Part shown: positions 17,378 to 19,970 of the stretch, in pieces
Layout: each line of letters begins with the position of its first letter
How positions within the stretch are numbered: the stretch's first letter is position 1
NCBI GenBank assembly: GCA_023480925.1
Contig: JAMCWY010000007.1
Coordinates: 1 to 19,970, forward strand
From: Patescibacteria group bacterium
Lineage (GTDB): Bacteria; Patescibacteriota; Minisyncoccia; UBA6257; HR35
Direction: 5' to 3'
DNA length: 19,970 nt
Program-made: the position numbers and the translations under genes
The notes under the pieces: model-generated
The model's database searches: none
What the model was told of the DNA's origin: nothing
The model's input: the letters and a program-made list of their open reading frames with translations, nothing else

Positions 17378-17434
17378 GCAAAAAAGAAAACCTCGCAGTC
17401 CATCCAGAAAAATCTGAAATGAAACTGCGAGGTT
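17378..17434 (-). terminator. Intrinsic terminator of the minus-strand operon
   Basis: An 11-bp stem (AACCTCGCAGT / ACTGCGAGGTT) overlaps the stop codon at 17433-17435. On the minus strand it is followed by UUCUUUUUUG. The loop is long (24 nt). Confidence 0.55.
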
Positions 17435-18008
17435 AGGGTTGCTGACGAAAGAACTGCTGGAGATAGCTGGCGTAGATCGTTTGAGCAACTTTTGGCACTT
17501 GATTTTCTTCCGAGACAATCTCGAAATCGTAGATTCCGGCGTGTCTGGAAGATTCCAGTACTTCCAGCTCTTCGCGTGCGCTCCGCAAGCGATGTCCGTT
17601 CGTATCCCTGTCGTCTCTCGCCAATCGTCGCTGTAGAGCTTCGATGGATGGTGGTGAAATGTACACGATATAGAGCTGATCCGGGAATGCTTCCGTCATT
17701 ACGCTTACTCTGCCGATTGGCCAATCAAGCACGGGGAAGTTACCCTCCTTCAATGCTTGTTCGATTGGTTGGCGAGGTGTTGCATAGCGAACACCGTAAA
17801 GTTCGTTAATCACGAGGAACTCTCCTCGTTCCAACATCTCATCCATCTCTCCGCCGCTTACGGAAATCTTGTTTCTCTCTCCCTTCCGAAGTGGACGAGT
17901 CATGAATGGCGAGATGTACACGAATCTACTATCCAGTCGAATCAACTCATCGATTATCGAGTTCTTGCCGACGCCCGATGGTCCCAAGAGAAGCAGAAAC
18001 TTGCTCAT
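17433..18008 (-). CDS. Guanylate-kinase-family P-loop nucleotide kinase
   Basis: It has GPSGVGKNS (P-loop), TRPLRKGE, ERGEFL, YGVRYATP and ISPPS..L..RL. The RBS is GGAGGGAGGG. Its ATG overlaps the upstream stop (ATGA). Confidence 0.8.
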   Translation of the reverse strand: MSKFLLLLGPSGVGKNSIIDELIRLDSRFVYISPFMTRPLRKGERNKISVSGGEMDEMLERGEFLVINELYGVRYATPRQPIEQALKEGNFPVLDWPIGRVSVMTEAFPDQLYIVYISPPSIEALQRRLARDDRDTNGHRLRSAREELEVLESSRHAGIYDFEIVSEENQVPKVAQTIYASYLQQFFRQQP

Positions 18009-18850
18009 CTCGCCCTCCCTCCTTCCTTATTCAGAGCCTCTTTCAATTCAACCGCCGCTTTCTCAACCGCGCTTTGCCAGAATTGCTTACTTTGTTGCGG
18101 ATAAAGAATGCCACGCGATGAATTGATGAACGCTCCGGTGCCTTCAGAATTGAGCAGTTTGCGCAAGTCGGTATAACTGCCGCCTTGAGCACCTACCCCA
18201 GCGAGAAGAATCGGCATGTTGTCGGGGACAATCGTGCGAATCTCCTCCATGTTAAGTCCAGCAGTCGAGGAAAGCACGAGAATCATGTTTTCACTACGAT
18301 TCCAGCGATTTATCACAAGATCGAGCACATGCCGCCAAAGTGGTTGACCGTCTTGTATGACGACGTCCTGGACGATACCGCCGGATGGATTACTTGTCTT
18401 GACAAGAACCACAATGGATTTATCCGTCAGTTCGACAAGAGGAAGCATGACATCATCTCCCATGTAGGGATTGACGACAATGCCATCCGCTTGGAGTAAA
18501 CCGAACAGATTTTGAATGTACGCCTCCATCGTGTTTTCGATATCGCCGATCTTGCAATCGACAATAACAGGAACGCCTTGGTTCGACGTATGAATGTAGT
18601 CAATCAGTTCTTTCAAAACATCGTGACCGCCATTCAACACATCAAAGAAAGCCTTCTGTGCCTTGAAGGCGCAGACATGTGGCGCCGTTACATCGATTAC
18701 TCCCCGAAGAAATGCGAGTACCTTCTCCTCATCGGAAGTATTCCCTACGGTGATTTCAGGCGGCATTTTCTTCAGGTCGGGATCGAGCCCACAACACAGA
18801 AGCGTGTTATGAACTCTCATCCGTTCAAGGATTTGTTCATTCGCTTTCAT
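18005..18850 (-). CDS. pyrF: Orotidine-5'-phosphate decarboxylase, type 2 family
   Basis: It has LCCGLDPD, DCKIGDIENT (the D-x-K-x-x-D-I-x-x-T motif) and GVGAQGG. The start is taken at the ATG at 18850, which is preceded by AAGGAGATAAAA. The ORF-track start at 18928 would overlap the upstream gene by 92 nt. Confidence 0.85.
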   Translation of the reverse strand: MKANEQILERMRVHNTLLCCGLDPDLKKMPPEITVGNTSDEEKVLAFLRGVIDVTAPHVCAFKAQKAFFDVLNGGHDVLKELIDYIHTSNQGVPVIVDCKIGDIENTMEAYIQNLFGLLQADGIVVNPYMGDDVMLPLVELTDKSIVVLVKTSNPSGGIVQDVVIQDGQPLWRHVLDLVINRWNRSENMILVLSSTAGLNMEEIRTIVPDNMPILLAGVGAQGGSYTDLRKLLNSEGTGAFINSSRGILYPQQSKQFWQSAVEKAAVELKEALNKEGGRAR

Positions 18851-19658
18851 TTTTATCTCCTTTTTTGATGAGACCCTTGTGGCCGAGATGATCCTGCTTT
18901 GCTTGCAGGTGCAGTTTTGTGTGTTCATTCGGCTCGATAACGACGGGTATATAATCCGCCACCGTATAGCCGTTTTCAGCGAACACGTCCGCCTTCTTGG
19001 GATTGTTAGTCGCTAAGTTAATCCGGCACGTTGTTGGAATGCCGAAAAACTTGAGGATACAGATGACACCCGAATATGTCCGAATGTCGATCACTCCCCC
19101 GGGGGCAAGCAGAGAAGCCGACTCCACAGTGTTGACACCAAGCACGTCCTGGATCCACAGTGTCGCGAGCTTAAAGGTAAGCCCCATACCCCGGCCGTCT
19201 TGGCGTGGGATATTGATGAGCATTCCTTCACCGACTTCTTCGATTGCCTTTAGTGCGAGATGAAGTTGATCGCGACACTCACATGTTAGATCGCCAAAGA
19301 CTTGGCTAGTTTCGCAACCGGAGTCGGTACGCAAAACGAGTTGGTCTTTGTTTTTGAACACGGGGACAAGTAGGTCTTTGTTCAACTCTGCCTTGACCAT
19401 CACGGAATATTTCTCCCACTGATCATCGATCGCAAAGTTGTACTGCCAGAACTTGCCGTGCTCGGTTTTGAGAATACCGATGCCTCTCCGCTCAACTGCG
19501 TAATAGCGGGTGACGCCATTCTCGTTGACGCTGAAGCGTTTTGAGAACGGCTCCATCGAGCGTTTCAGCAGTTCGAGAAAAGCACTGACTCCTTCGGCTG
19601 ATATATTCGATCTCTCGCAGATGTCAGCCATGCTCGGCGGTTTAATTCCGTTTTTCAT
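18837..19658 (-). CDS. GTP cyclohydrolase II-family protein with a ~55-aa N-terminal extension
   Basis: It aligns by eye to E. coli RibA: SGCETSQVFGDLTCEC (three Zn Cys), RQDGRGMGL, TNNPKK and a C-terminal ..HLGHKG. The RBS is GAGGAGG, 5 nt before the ATG. Confidence 0.8.
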   Translation of the reverse strand: MKNGIKPPSMADICERSNISAEGVSAFLELLKRSMEPFSKRFSVNENGVTRYYAVERRGIGILKTEHGKFWQYNFAIDDQWEKYSVMVKAELNKDLLVPVFKNKDQLVLRTDSGCETSQVFGDLTCECRDQLHLALKAIEEVGEGMLINIPRQDGRGMGLTFKLATLWIQDVLGVNTVESASLLAPGGVIDIRTYSGVICILKFFGIPTTCRINLATNNPKKADVFAENGYTVADYIPVVIEPNEHTKLHLQAKQDHLGHKGLIKKGDKNESE

Positions 19659-19970
19659 CGTTACCTCCTCTTTCTGGATTGTAAGTATTTCTAGTTTGCT
19701 GCGCTGGCGGATAAACGCCGTCGCTTTTCTTTTTCACGAATGAGCCGTGAATCAGTCGAAAGGCCAACCTCCTCTCCGCTTCGTAGACCATCGGCGTGCC
19801 GATAAGCGCGCCGCATTTCGGACATTTGAGGTTTGGCATGTCGGCTTTGCTGCTCATCTTCGATTGCAAAAGCGCGAGCTCTTGCGGCTCAAAGATTCGG
19901 TCGAGATACATTCGGAGCAATCGGCCGTGCCCATCTTTTTGATAGAGGGAGAAATATTCCGTGATGGTCA
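19642..19970 (-). CDS. Hypothetical protein with a CPKC zinc-ribbon-like motif, probably 5'-truncated by the window edge
   Basis: The frame stays open to 19970 (..TITEYFSLYQKDGHGRLLRMYLDRIF..). The ORF-track start at 19920 is a TTG. It overlaps the next gene by 17 nt. No family was recognised. Confidence 0.45.
   Translation of the reverse strand, partial: TITEYFSLYQKDGHGRLLRMYLDRIFEPQELALLQSKMSSKADMPNLKCPKCGALIGTPMVYEAERRLAFRLIHGSFVKKKSDGVYPPAQQTRNTYNPERGGNDEKRN

Noticed and set aside
17245-17434. The possibility that the three spaced hairpins are a degenerate CRISPR-like or tandem repeat array
   Set aside because: The stems have unrelated sequences and differ in length, and no direct repeat unit recurs. 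Only an 11-nt loop motif is shared by two of them.
17027-17724. Minus- and plus-strand ORFs of 163, 154 and 93 aa in the spacer right of IR-R
   Set aside because: The products are Arg/Gly/Ala/Ser-rich and read straight through three long perfect hairpin stems. One overlaps the kinase gene out of frame. None has a ribosome-binding site like the neighbouring real genes. I treat this region as non-coding.
18851-18928. A longer OMP-decarboxylase start at 18928
   Set aside because: It would overlap the upstream gene by 92 nt and add a Cys/Ser/Thr-rich tail. The ATG at 18850 has a strong AAGGAG site at the correct spacing.

Overview
About the first 15.1 kb is a single minus-strand gene train from a low-GC bacterium with few Shine-Dalgarno (SD) motifs. 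The gene content and the 16S 5' end fit Patescibacteria/CPR, but I cannot verify that without a search. The train is a complete type IV pilus (T4P) locus with no secretin: pilM, a PilN-like gene, a PilO-like gene, a small TM protein, pilB, pilT, pilC, two tandem major pilins, pilD and four (pseudo)pilin-like genes. It runs straight into ligA, gatC and the 5' end of a 16S rRNA gene. A ComF-family gene is divergent from pilM. At 15143-15217 there is a tRNA-Arg(UCG). Its last 5 nt are also the first 5 nt of a 1.8-kb cassette (15213-17023). The cassette holds a 523-aa large serine recombinase with its own sigma70-like promoter, bracketed by 137-bp inverted repeats that match at 136/137 positions. 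This looks like an invertible segment or an unusual long-TIR IS-like unit. I rate it the most interesting object in the window. To its right the sequence changes character. First comes a GC-rich, hairpin-dense 410-bp spacer. Then comes a tightly overlapping minus-strand operon in which the three genes whose starts lie in the window have strong GGAGG/AGGAG ribosome-binding sites: a Zn-ribbon protein (5'-truncated by the window edge), a GTP cyclohydrolase II-like protein with an N-terminal extension and an apparent catalytic Tyr-to-Leu change, an OMP-decarboxylase (type 2) and a guanylate-kinase-family kinase. This could be a horizontally acquired island at the tRNA, or an assembly chimera joined through the repeat. 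Read-level data would tell these apart. No CRISPR array, reverse transcriptase or toxin-antitoxin pair was seen.
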